Shown: positions 1 to 12,873 of the stretch, in pieces
Numbering within the stretch: the first letter of the stretch is position 1
Layout of the letters: each line of letters starts with the position of its first letter
NCBI RefSeq assembly: GCF_001194135.2
Contig: NC_068985.1
Location: forward strand, 23,400,297-23,454,765
Reading direction: 5' to 3'
DNA: 54,469 nucleotides
Source: Octopus bimaculoides
Lineage: Eukaryota
The notes under the pieces: model-generated
The model's database searches: none
What the model was told of the DNA's origin: nothing
The model's input: only the letters and a program-made list of their open reading frames with translations
Program-made: the position numbers and the translations under genes

Positions 1-179
1 ATAATCTGTACCTGTTTGTTTGGTTACAAAATAAAATACACAAAACATGTTTCTGTATTACGTTTATTTACTTTATATACATATGAGTTGAAAACTTTCT
101 TCTAGCAATCCACTTAATATCTATGTTCCATGCTGGCATGGATTGGAGAGTTATTAATGTAGAAATATGGTATCGTAGC

Positions 180-268
180 TACTAACAGTTGAGGCTTGCG
201 TAGTCTAGACGGTGTTTTTAGATTTCATTATTCTCTTTAACCCGGGCAACGCCGGGTATTTCTGCTAG
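180..268 (+). mobile_element. Helitron 3' terminus
   Basis: GC hairpin ACCCGG-gcaacg-CCGGGT (240-257) followed by CTAG (265-268) then T, the canonical Helitron end; 5' boundary approximate. Confidence 0.65.
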
Positions 269-299
269 TTTTCCTTAAAACTTAGGATGTATTCACGTA

Positions 300-306
<7 letters not shown>

Positions 307-340
<34 letters not shown>
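307..340. repeat. (GA)n microsatellite
   Basis: Direct. Confidence 0.95.
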
Positions 341-344
<4 letters not shown>

Positions 345-455
345 AAGTACTGTTTGAAAATTGAAATAAAATGGTTTGATTATCTACTAATTGTTTAGCT
401 TAATGTATTTCTTTCATCACAAATTTATGTTGTGTGTATATTAAATTGATTTTAG

Positions 456-928
456 AATGTGAAGTTCCAGGTTCCAGTGCTTCTTTGGAGTTGTCCCAAC
501 CTCGACAAACTATACAGAGAATGTCTGTGCAGCAACAACAGCAGCAACTCCAGCTTCATATGATGCCCCAAGAGCAAATTCTCCAGCTTTTTTCACAGAG
601 CACACTGCCACAGCCGCAACCCCCTCCACCACCCCAGCAGCAGGCTCCACCACAACAACAGCAACTACAACTTCCTCCGCAGCAGATCCATCCTCCTGCC
701 CAGCAGGTATCTTCTCCTCCTCCTCCCCCTCCTGTACAGCCACAGTCACAACAAGTTTTAGCTTCATCTATCCAGCAGGGTGGTGCTCCCACAGTTGCAA
801 TGGCAACAGGAGCAAGTGTCCAGTCTGTTGCCCAGCACCATTATCTAACCCAACAGCAGCAGCATCAACTCTTGCAGCAACAACTCCTGCAACAACAGCA
901 GGCCCACTTGATACAACAACAACTGCAG
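456..928 (+). CDS. ANKHD1: Mask exon: Q/P-rich linker between the ankyrin clusters
   Basis: tttag acceptor at 454-455, CAG|gtaaga donor; polyQ/polyP ORF; a second in-phase acceptor would start at 471. Confidence 0.85.
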
Positions 929-3900
929 GTAAGACCATACTACTAAATTAAATTTTAGCAATAATAGAGGATAGCAAAATCATACTCATGGCTTGGAAGT
1001 ATTTTAATGGGAAAGTAATTTTTAAACTTTTTTTTTTTTTGATGAGCTACTTATGACATATTATTTAATTTTCTTCCCAATGATCTCCATAATTATATTT
1101 TATAACATCAGTATACATATAGACTTAAAGACTTCGCATCCTAATGGTTAAAACAAATGACTGAGCAACTGATATTATTAGGAAAATATCTCAACTAAAA
1201 TATAGTTTTTCTTACTGATAAATTTTAGCAAAAATATATTTTGAGGTTAATTAAATCTTTTTGCTATCACTAATTTTAGCAATAAACATCATTGGATAAT
1301 TTACTTAAAATAATGTATTGGATATAATATTGAATGTTTTTAAACCAAAAACCAAAGCCATACAAGCTTGGTGTTCACCTTGTGTGTTTCCATATTTCAT
1401 AGCCAAATGAAAGTATGGATTGATAAATCTGTATCTAAAAGGAAGGACCCAAACATTGGAAGCTTTGGTTGCTAATATTTATAGGAGTCTGAGCAAATTT
1501 ATTAAAACAAAGAAAAATGGAGCATAAAGTTAACGATAGGTGTTTAAATTTGTAGTTATATTATCAATTTAGACTTATTTTCATGTGTTTGTAATTGAAA
1601 GATAATTCTTGTAAGTTGAAAATTATATTGGCAATCTTGATTTTCTTTTTTCTTTTTAGGTTAGCCAACCTAATATGCCTAAGGTTAGGTGGAAACGCCA
1701 TATACCGAACAACCATCAAAGTTTACAGGCACCGACTGTAGGTTTGGACACAGTTCCAACTCCTTCAACTACTCCACATACACCTACAGCTTCTCCAGCA
1801 TCTCCAGGTGTACCTCATCTTCAACGTTATCTTTCACAACATATAGATCTGGATGCACAGACTGATAGTAACCATGACACTGCGTTGACTTTAGCTTGTA
1901 CTGCTGGCTATTCTGACTTAGTCAGGTTGTTGTTGTCCAAGACAGCTGATATTGAGCACCGCGATAAAAAAGGTCAGTTCTCATTCAATTCATGAAATTA
2001 AATGATTTATATTTCTCAGGCTAGGATGGTTTCTAATTTAAAGTGTATATATTAGGCAAAAGTTTTTTTTTTATGTTGGAGTCACAACCAAATAGCTGAA
2101 ACCTCTCGAAGAAATATGTGTGTGTGTGTTTTGTTAGTATCCTGCTTTTAAATTTTTATTTGATTTATTTTATATTTTTGGCAAAGACAACTCTTTCAAA
2201 ATAATAATATTTTTGAATTGTTATAAAAGATTTATAACCTAGTCTGTTTACTACCATCACTGCCTGAACCTTGAGTTCCTTTAGTGAAATGTACTCTGCT
2301 GATCTCTTGTGTGATTACATCTGCATATATTGTTTTCTGCTGTAGCAGCCTATGTTGTGAATTCCCTCAACCAGTCTTTGAGGCTCTGACCTAACCATAA
2401 AACAACACTATTCTGCTTTCTCTTAAACATTTAGAACGAAACTATCTTTTAACTGACTTAGACACAAACTTTTTTTAAAATTTATTATATCTATTTAGTG
2501 TATTTGAAAAATCTATGAATTTCCAAATGGTTATAAAATAGAATACTAAGATATATGTTTGGTGAGGTAATTTCTAATGGTGATTAGCATATTTTGAATT
2601 TGACCACCAAATTCACTTCATGAATTTTCCAAATATTTCTAAGGGATAACTTGAATGTAATAAGCAACTTAACAACTTAAATGTTTAACAAATTAAATGT
2701 TGTATCACTTAAGCCTGTTTTGTGATATTCCTGTTGCAAACAGTATGCCTTATACTGTTGGATGCATGTGCATTGATTATTATAGAGAGTGGCACCTGTC
2801 ATTATATACAGTTACTAATCAGATCCAGCCTGAAGCTAGTGGCATTTCCAAATGGGACAGTTTAAGGAACTCTATGGCTGATTACTGAAATGGTTTCTCC
2901 AGTCATACAAGCTGTGTTGAGTTTAATTCTATAAGTTAACGAACAACTTGTAAAATTTAATGGTGCTTTCATTGCTTGGTGTAACTCGTTATATCTGCTT
3001 TGTGGTACTGCTAGGTTAACTGACCTATTTGAGAGTTAGACTCCTTTGCTATAGGCTCAATAGATAGGATTCAATCTGGTAGCCTCTCTGCTGGTTATCT
3101 AGTATTCTATTTATTTGTTCATCCAAGCTTTTTATGTGTATCCAGCAATGTCAAAGTAATAATAATTATAATCAGTTCAAAGTCTTATTTGTACTGCTCT
3201 TCAGATTTTGTTATTCCATAAGAGTGATCAAATCTAATAATTTGTAGATGTGTGTATATGAAATAAAATATGAGTAGATATTTCTGAATGTTGATATCAT
3301 ATTCATGAAGTTTAATGTTTTTTACTTTTAGGTTTTACCCCATTGATTTTGGCTGCAACAGCTGGCCATGTAGAAGTTGTGGAAATCCTTTTGGACCACA
3401 ATGCTGAGATAGAAGCCCAATCTGAACGAACCAAAGACACTCCATTGTCTCTAGCATGTTCTGGAGGAAAATTTGATGTTAGTTTCTGATTTATTTTATT
3501 CTTTAAAAGTATGTGTGTTATGGGACCAAGAATTTTTCTGCCTTGTTTTGTTGCTAGATGCTCCATGTTTTTGGTATAGGTGCATGTTCATAATTCCCAA
3601 ACATTTTTTTGCCAACTTCTTATCTCTATATTTTAATCCTAATGCTTCCAACTCAAAATAGTCAATTATACAATGCAATAATTCTGGAAGTTTCAAAAGG
3701 ACCCTAGGATTGCTTAAGCAGTTTCTTTCCTGTGGGATTGGGACAATAGCATCCGTTTTATGAACCAGTTGTTTATATGAAGGGTTTGGCTGCAATGTGT
3801 TCAACATTTTAAAGCTCAATGTTTATAAGGAATTGTTACAATTTACAAAACTAAAATTGTTTAAAATATATGAAATCTGTTTCATTATTTTTAAATTGTT

Positions 3901-6900
3901 TGAATTAACAAGCACTTATTTACATACATTAATAAATAATTTATATGTAAAATTCATCAACAGAAAACTGTTTGATATCTAGTTGAAATGGGATCTATTT
4001 TTTTTCAACTTTATAGTACAGTTCTAGTTTTATTTTATTAAATGCATATCATCTTGTAATCCACTTTTAATTTGAGTTTTTTTAAAAAATTTTTTTTAAT
4101 TTTTTTTTTTATAATTCAGGTGGTAGAATTGTTGTTATCTCGCGTGGCAAACAAAGAACATCGCAATGTTTCTGATTATACACCTTTAAGCTTAGCAGCA
4201 TCAGGGGGTTATGTCAATATTATAAAATTATTGCTTTCAAATGGAGCAGAAATCAATTCACGGTAAGCTAATTTTATTCTGTAGTTTGATACCAATGTTA
4301 TGGTTTTATATTTTTCTTGGCAACATATTTGATCTACCTGCTTCGATTTACTTAATTAGTGAAGAGATAGAAATCCCTAAAGTATGCTACTTACTTTCAC
4401 TAAACTTGCATATGGGCTTTTTTCCCCACTATTCATTAAATTTTCATGTATTTTATCCATTCAATTTCTGCGGAACATTGAAATGCTGTCAAACATTGTT
4501 ATGGAAAAAAATTGGTCCATTTTGTCAATTTCTTGGCAATATGTTTCTGCTAGGATTAGATAGAGAATGAGTCCATTTGTTAATCTCTAAATAGTGACCA
4601 TAATCTATTGAAGTAGCATTGATTTGGGAAAGTGTTTTGTTGCTTCGCTTTGATTATCCAGCTACTGTGTGGAATGCTGCCTGTTGTGCACTTATTACAC
4701 ATCACAGTGTAATCAAGAAATGGGCTTTTTTTTCTTTTCTTTTTTTTAAGGGCAAAAGATGGGTAGGGCAGACTGCAGATAGGGAGATATTCATTTTAAC
4801 TGTGTGACATTCATTAACCTTATGTTGGTTAGTCCTTAAATGAAGGGGAAGGACTACAATGTGTGTGTGCCAAACAGGCAAAAAACAAAAGAAAATATCT
4901 TGACGGATGAATTTTGTACTTACTTTCACTTTAAATAAGTACAAAATCTTTAATCTTTCATAATTAAATTTACAATCTCATTGAAAAGTGCTGTAAAATG
5001 TTGACTTTCCTTTGCATCACGAGCAGGAATTCATTTGAGAATCCAGCATTGTTGTGAAATGAATATACAAATGGAGAAAAATTGGTGCAGTTTTTCCAAT
5101 CCAGAGCTAGCTGAAGCATCATGTTCTCTACTATCTAGATTGTTATCATCATCATCATCTACCTCATCTGATGAAGGGAAGTTAGAAAAAAAACTTCATC
5201 ACTGTATAAATCTCTCATCTGTGATTTGATTTCTCCCATCGATAAGAGCCATTTGTGCTTCGGTGCAGTTGACAAACATAATTGGGCATCAATTGATGTG
5301 TTGTTTAAGGATTAGTGGGAACTGTATGTCTTATATGATTTGTTTTTAGTACAATACATTACACTATTCTAAGCGGACACACTTTGTAATGACATTCTGA
5401 CAAAGTAACTGTTAAAAAACAGAGGGGAAGAAATATAATTGACAAGAATATTTTCCAGGACTTGTTGAATGTCATTGTTACTTTCTAGAAAGTACAATAC
5501 TGACATAAAAAAAAAAGAATTTTCAGATAAATACAACTCTTACTTAACCAAAAATAAGAGATTATAGTTATGTCTGTAAAACATTGTTTTGTGATTTCTA
5601 CTAAATGTGGAAACGGTGATTCAAAAGCAGGATGTGGCCTGTAGAAGAGGTTAATAACTGCTTCTAGAAATAGTAAGGTAAAGCTTGGAGAATAGTTAGC
5701 AGTAGATGTTTATGAAGTTAAATCAAAGGATTTTCTGTAATTAATATGAATTTGTTTTATTTATTTCTTGAAAAAATATGTAATAAACACTGACAAATTA
5801 TACGGTGTCCATTCTTTTTCAGAACTGGAAGCAAACTTGGCATTTCTCCTCTCATGTTAGCAGCTATGAATGGTCACTCTGCTGCTGTCAAATTGCTTCT
5901 TGATATGGGTAGTGATATTAATGCTCAGGTGAATAACAGATTTTATTTCTTCTAGTTCTGGTTGAAAAAACAAATAGATTTTATATATAAATAGTTTTTA
6001 TATATAAATATATTTTTGAATGTTAATTCTAAGATCTTCAACTAATTGCTTCTAATTTTGCCTGATTGCTTTTTTGTGTGTTATATTATCACCTAACTCT
6101 ACTTAAATATAAAGGTTCTGATGAAGCACTTTTTGTATACTGGTGAATACACTCAGATATCAACAAAACTAGATTAATTCAAGCCTTTTATTTGGTTTTA
6201 TGTATGCATATTTCTATATAGGAGAACTGTACACTCGTTTAAGAAAGGAAAACAATATAGACACTGAATGGAACATTTTAAGCTTCTGTTACCATATTTC
6301 TGTTGAAATACACCATTTTTGTTTCAGTTAACTTTGAGAATAATGAAGAATTATGTAAAATTTTGTTATTAAGCTGGTGTTAAGTTGTAGGATATTGTTA
6401 AGGAAGATTTTAATTTAAATCACTTTAAAATAGGTAGTTTGTATCATTAACTCAGGAGTGCTGAGATAAGAAGGCTTTAATTTTAATGCTTTTGCAGTGT
6501 CCTTTGTATTTATTTCTAGCATTTATTAGCAGCTGTATCACCATTAGAGTTGTTCTAAAAGTTATTTTATTTTGTTTTCTTTTTTAGATTGAGACAAATA
6601 AAAACACAGCCTTGACACTGGCATGTTTCCAGGGGCGTCATGAAGTTGTAAGCCTTTTGGTTGATCGAAAAGCAAACATTGAGCACCGTGCTAAGGTAAA
6701 TGTCAATTATCCTTCTCCATTTTAACAAACCAGTACAAAATTAAGTGTTGGTAGTTTGATTCATAAATAGTTGGAATATTTCTCCTCTTCCTTTCTCTCC
6801 TCGTCTAATTGTGAAATTTTATAAGATATAGGGAATATTTGCATTTTTTATATCCTTTTGACAATAATCAAATTCCCAATTTCTGATTTTTATCTTATAG

Positions 6901-9900
6901 ACCGGTCTTACTCCATTGATGGAAGCCGCTTCTGGTGGTTATGTTGAAGTTGGAAAAGTTTTGTTAGACAAGGGAGCTGATGTGAATGCAGCTCCTGTGC
7001 CATCATCAAGAGATACAGCACTGACCATTGCTGCTGACAAGGGACATTATAGATTTGTTGAACTGCTGCTTTCCAGGTAGGTTGCTATTATGAACAAGAG
7101 CTGATTATACATGAAATGACTTGATTTAGACACAATTTATAGAATTATCAGTCTGATATTGCAGTGGTTCACAGATTCACGTGTTGTCTAAAATCTGTAC
7201 CTAGATCCTCTTGGTTTGAAGTAACCAGAGATTCTTTTACACTTGGTATGTTTGTGTGGTAGTGAGAGCTAGGTTTTGGTGGGGATTCACTTTGTGTGCA
7301 GTATGGTGTTGGATATAGTGTAGGCAGCGAATATGAAGGCTTTCTCTGCAGGGTATTGCTTACAGAACCATTATGGTTGAGAAATGGAGGAAAGGATTTT
7401 GAAACTTGGTTGAGAAATTAAACAAAAAAAAAAAATGACAGAAATCAAAAGGTTTGGCTGCTGTTGGGGAGGCAAGAGACTTTGTGGGTAATATGATACA
7501 TAGAAGCTTCTTTCATGTTTTGTGTGATAGTCATGCAAAATTTATGGTGCTGGGTAAAAGCATTTGGTGTGTAGAAGTCTATGATTTTCTTCATGCATTG
7601 AAGGCTTTGTTCTTTATGATTGAATCACAGGGAAAATTTGAGATTATGAGTTTATATGTGTGTGACTTGTTAGAAGATATGCCTAAGAAGATGGTTATAG
7701 GATTTCAGAGAGCAGTAGAGGTAACATATATCTGGAGGAGTGGAGGGAGGAAACTTTGTCCCAGAGGAACTAAGCTTTTGTCGCTGATATCCAGAGGAAC
7801 AATGTGGAGAGGGAAATATGAATAGATTTTAACCTGAACAGCAAAGATGAACCATAAAGATTGATCAATTTCTGTTTTGGAGAAGATTAAGTTGTATGGT
7901 TTGCACGTTTACAAGAAGTGGTGGATGGGATCTAGCTGTACTGGAGTTCATGGATGTTGAGGAAGAGGAGAATGACTTTGTTCATAATACTCTTTAAGCA
8001 ATCCTAAACAACTGGGAAATGATAGTACTTTCATTTTGTACCATAGATTTATAGGATATTGGGAAACAATAATCTGTATATATTTCTTAAATTCTTTTAG
8101 AAATGCTGCTGTTGATGTGAAAAACAAAAAAGGCAATTCTCCTCTGTGGTTAGCGTGTAATGGTAAGTTCTTCACCTTTTCTTTTTTTTAATCATTTTGT
8201 GTTTAAAAAAATGTTGATTCACTGAGTTTTAATGCAGAATAGGTTTAGTATAATCATAAGCTTATAGCAGATATACTGTTTTATAACCTTAATTTACTTG
8301 AGGAGTCTCTTTTCTTTGAATATTTTTTCCCCTTGTTGGCAGAGGATGGTAATCCAGAATTCTTACATGTGTCCAAATCTCGCGTCTTTTGCATATTCTG
8401 AGATCAGATGTAACTCCTTTGGTCTTATTTGATCTTCCTTTATTATGATTATCCTGTTAAGACTATTTTGCAGTTGGAATTATTTTGTGTTACTCTGACA
8501 CATTGCCGCTTCTTTCTTAACTGAGCCAATGTCTGCTCTTCTGTGTAGTCTCTTACTTCTTTCTGCCTACTATTACTTTCTCAGACACACACACTTTTCA
8601 AGCACATAACTTAACAGAATCTTGACAAAATTTCAACTTTCCCGAAATCCTTCATTAGGCCTCTAATTCAACTGCAGCTGTTGTTGGGGTAGTGCATATT
8701 ATGTTTCTGAACCTTAGCTGTCCCCTAAACTACCTCTTTCCTTATAAATACTCAGATATGTTTTAATAGCCACACTTTCTGCATTGTTAATAATTTCTTC
8801 TATCAGCATGTTATATTCCTACTGTCATGTCTGTTTTGTTTTAGTTTTAAAAATGCTAAGTCTTTATTTACTTAAGAATAATTTAGTTGTATGTGGCTAA
8901 CATTTACAACAAATCTTTTCAAATATTATTTTACAACCATTGTTTTCATTCGTAAATGAATGAAATGACATTTTGTTAGAGTAATTGTTTTTACAGCCGG
9001 ATGACCTTCCTTAATGCTATCTTATTAACTGATTTGTATATTTGATTTGTTGGTTAGGCAAATTAGAGCTAGTATGGTTTTGTTTTGCTCAGTAGTATAA
9101 GGTAATGACTGTAAGGCAATATAATACTTCCTCAAATGATTTAACAGCTGATGTCATGGCAGTCTGTATAACCTCTATACTTTTGTGAGCATTTGATGAA
9201 ATTTAGTCTAAGACTAAGCAAAAAAAAAAAAAAGAATTGGAAAGAAATATTGAGTAATCATGTATAGGTTTTGTTAATTGAATATAATAAAGAAAAAATA
9301 ACTAAATGTAAAATAAAATTTGCATTCTTCATCAAAAATTTAATGAACATAATGTTAAAATATATGAAATTTCCTTTCTTTTGTTTTTCATTTTCTAAAA
9401 CTGAAATGAATTTTATGAAATTAGTGGACATAAATTTCAAATATATTGCAATGAGTTAAAATTTTATTTTATCATTTCATTGTCGAAAGTTTTGCTAAAA
9501 ACATTCAGATCTTTCTTACAATAGGTTTTTTGTCAAGGTAGTTTGAGCAATCTCTCTATTTTATTTTTCACTTTTGAGCAGGAAATAGTCAATAATGCAG
9601 GAGGAACTTTCTTTTCCTTTTAAATTAAAATGTAGGTATTGGAGTTCTTTATATATTATATCAAATTTTAATGTGACATTTTTGTACAAACGAAGATATT
9701 ATGCTGTTGGATGTTTTATCACTTAAAACATGAGCATGAAAGCTTTGTAAAGAAAATAAATACTTCCTATAAAATAGTTTGCATTGTAATTATGTGACGA
9801 GGAAATATGTAGTACAAGAGCTATTCCAACTAGATATGTATTTTAATATTTAATGTTGAGAGGAGTGGGCAACTTAGAAATATGGAAACATTGTCGCCTG

Positions 9901-12749
9901 TACCCAAGTGCGAAGTCATTTATATTATGCTATGATTCTAAGTTGTACATAGCTTAATTTTTCAAAATGGCTGCAGCAGTAGATATTACTTAACCCCTTT
10001 GCTCTTTATGGAGCATAGGCCATAGATGACTTTGGTCCACTATTCTATATTCTGGGCTGCTTTCATCTTGTTAGTTTTGAATTGTCATTGCTGCTTCTGT
10101 AACTTTGCTTTTTTCTCAGTAGGGGGTTGGTCTTACACAAACCCATTCTTATCTCTGGGAACAGGTGGTCCATATTTGTCCAGCCTCTATCCTTTAATCT
10201 GTCCAGCATGGGAGGCCCTACTAGAAGCTTGCACTTCATCATTATTGAAGTACACAATCCAGCATACGGCAACAATGACAGGACCTTGAGGTGGACAAAA
10301 GATATTAGTGAAGAGATACTTAAATCACAGTGATAGTTTGGGATCTTTTTTAAAACGGGGGCCACATTTTTCATTAACGAAACACTTTGAAACTTGGAAC
10401 ACTGGTAGAATGTGTCATATAAAACATCTTTTTCTCTTAGTCTTCTTTAAAAAAAAAAGAAATCCATAAATTATTCCATGTTAAAGTTGTCGTATTTCTG
10501 TAATTTCAACCAATCACTGACGTCCATTCAGCCGATATACATTAAGTGCCGACTACATAAACAAACGATTCTGAAACAATTAACCCTAACCCTAGGGTTA
10601 GGGTTAGGATTAGGGTTAAAGCAAATTTAAAATGAAAAAAGCAAATAAAACGAAGAATCGTTTGTTTATGTAGTCGGCACTTAATGTATATCGGCTGAAT
10701 GGACGTCAGTGATTGGTTGAAATTATCGAAATAACACAATTTTTTACATGAAATAAATTCGAATACAAAAATATTTTTCTGTTCTATAACACAAAATAGA
10801 TAAGTATACGAAGTTTGAAAGTCTTTCGGTACCAAAAACACTACGTAAAAGATTAATGAAAAATGTGGCCCCCGTTTTAAAAAAGATCCATAGTTTGTAT
10901 ATTTCACTAAAATTTAAATGCCTAAATTTAATCTAATTTTTTGCTTTTCTTTTCAAGGTGGCCACCTTGATGTTGTACAGTTACTTGTAGGCCACAGAGC
11001 TGATATCGACAGTGATGACAACCGTAAAGTATCCTGTTTAGTTGCTGCTTTTCGGAAGGGGCACATAAAAGTAGTGAAGTGGATGGTGAAGTACGTCACG
11101 CAGTTCCCTCTTGACAATGAGCTCCAACGGTATATAAGCACAGTAACAGATCCAGTACGTTTCTAAATCTTTCTACCTGTCATTTTTTCCAATTCTATTT
11201 CAAGTTTCCATTTGTTTGTGCTTAAAGTTGGTCATATAAAATTCTAAGTCCAGGTTACTTTTTTAACTGAGGCAGTGCTTTTTTTGTATTAAGGGACTAT
11301 TGAACTATTGGAAAATTCTTCTACCCAAACTTGCTCATCACACCTTCAACCCTACTCATTCTGGTAGTCTGTCTCCCATCCCACCCTCCTCATTCTCCTT
11401 CCCATACAATCTCGCAAATTGATTCTTCAACTTGCTTTGTGGGGCCATCTAAGCACCTCATCACCATTATCTATTGCAACTCCTACTGTTTATTTTATTT
11501 CTCCTCCTTTCTCTTCTATATGTGAGTAACCATGCAGATCTTTTACAAAATTCTGCATTCCCCCGCCTCCTTTCATAGTTCAATCTCTTGTCCACTATCA
11601 TGAAGCTGACCCCTCTATTGCAACCCACAGAGCCTGTAGTTCTGTAAGCTGCATGCTAACCTCAATAGTGCAGGTGGCACAAAAAAATGCACTCAGTCCA
11701 CACTATAAAGTAGGTGCTGAGATGGGCATCCAGCCAGAGAAAACATGCCAAAACAGACATTGGTTCACGATGCAGTTCTTGGGCACATCATATCCTGTCA
11801 AGCTATCCAGCCCGTGTGTCCTCATGGAACATGGGCGTTAGATGATGATGATGAAAACTGTTGTAATGTCCAGTCAGTTCTCGTGGAATAATTTAATGCC
11901 ATATTGAAGTAATAATCATTTTAATAATTTTGAGTGTTCTTTCTCTTTCTCTCTCTTAATGCTATGTACCTCACCGTCTTTCATATTTAATAACTGATAT
12001 CATTGTAAGTTAAAGTTTGTATAGGTGATGATATTTGTAGTGTTTTACTGTCATGTTATTCTGCATAATTTAGTTTTCAAATACTTTGTATGTGTTGAAC
12101 ACTACTTGAAAGTAATGATGAATTTTGGTGGAATGGAATCCTTTTATTGGAAAAGTTATGGTTTATTTTATTTTTGAATAATACACTAGTCATTTTTTTT
12201 ATTTGCAGGAATTAAACAAAAAGTGCAGGCAGTGTATGGATGCAATCATAAGTGCCAAAGATCGGCAGGCGGCAGAAGCTAACAAGAATGCTACCATCCT
12301 TTTGGAAGAACTAGATAAAGAACGACAATGGGAGGAAAACAAGAGGGCAGCAGCAGCAAAGCGGAGGGAACGGAAGAAAAAGAAGAAGAAAGAGAAATTG
12401 GAAAAAGAAAGAGAATCAAATATGTAGGTTGCCAGTTCTGCATAAATTGATTGCATAATTTCCATTTGTTCAATAACCCTGAATAGACCGGTTTCATTGT
12501 ATCTAAATTAATGATAGATTAATAAGTACGACTGCAAGATTTGACTTATTCCTTCAATTTTTTTCCCGTTTCTTTTAGCAAAAACAGTTCTCCTGTGCCC
12601 GAAACAAACAGTACACCTAAAGGGGAGGAAGAAGAAGAAGAGGAAGATGTTTTAGTTCTATTAGAACCACCTTCTGCAACTACTACTACTACAATAGGTC
12701 TGTTATTACTTTATTGCAATTTTAATTCTGTAAAACATTTTTAGTAAAA

Positions 12750-12782
<33 letters not shown>

Positions 12783-12818
12783 TTTCTCTCTCTCTTTCTC
12801 TCTTTTTCTCTCTCTCTT

Positions 12819-12873
<55 letters not shown>

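Noticed and set aside
7454-7825. 123-aa intronic ORF, and similar purine/pyrimidine-skewed intronic blocks (11300-11650, 18900-19260, 30780-31060)
   Set aside because: No splice context or recognisable domain; probably old LINE debris that I cannot assign with confidence.
10580-10619. Interstitial telomere or chromosome fusion site
   Set aside because: Only a few units, embedded in a TIR/TSD-bounded MITE.
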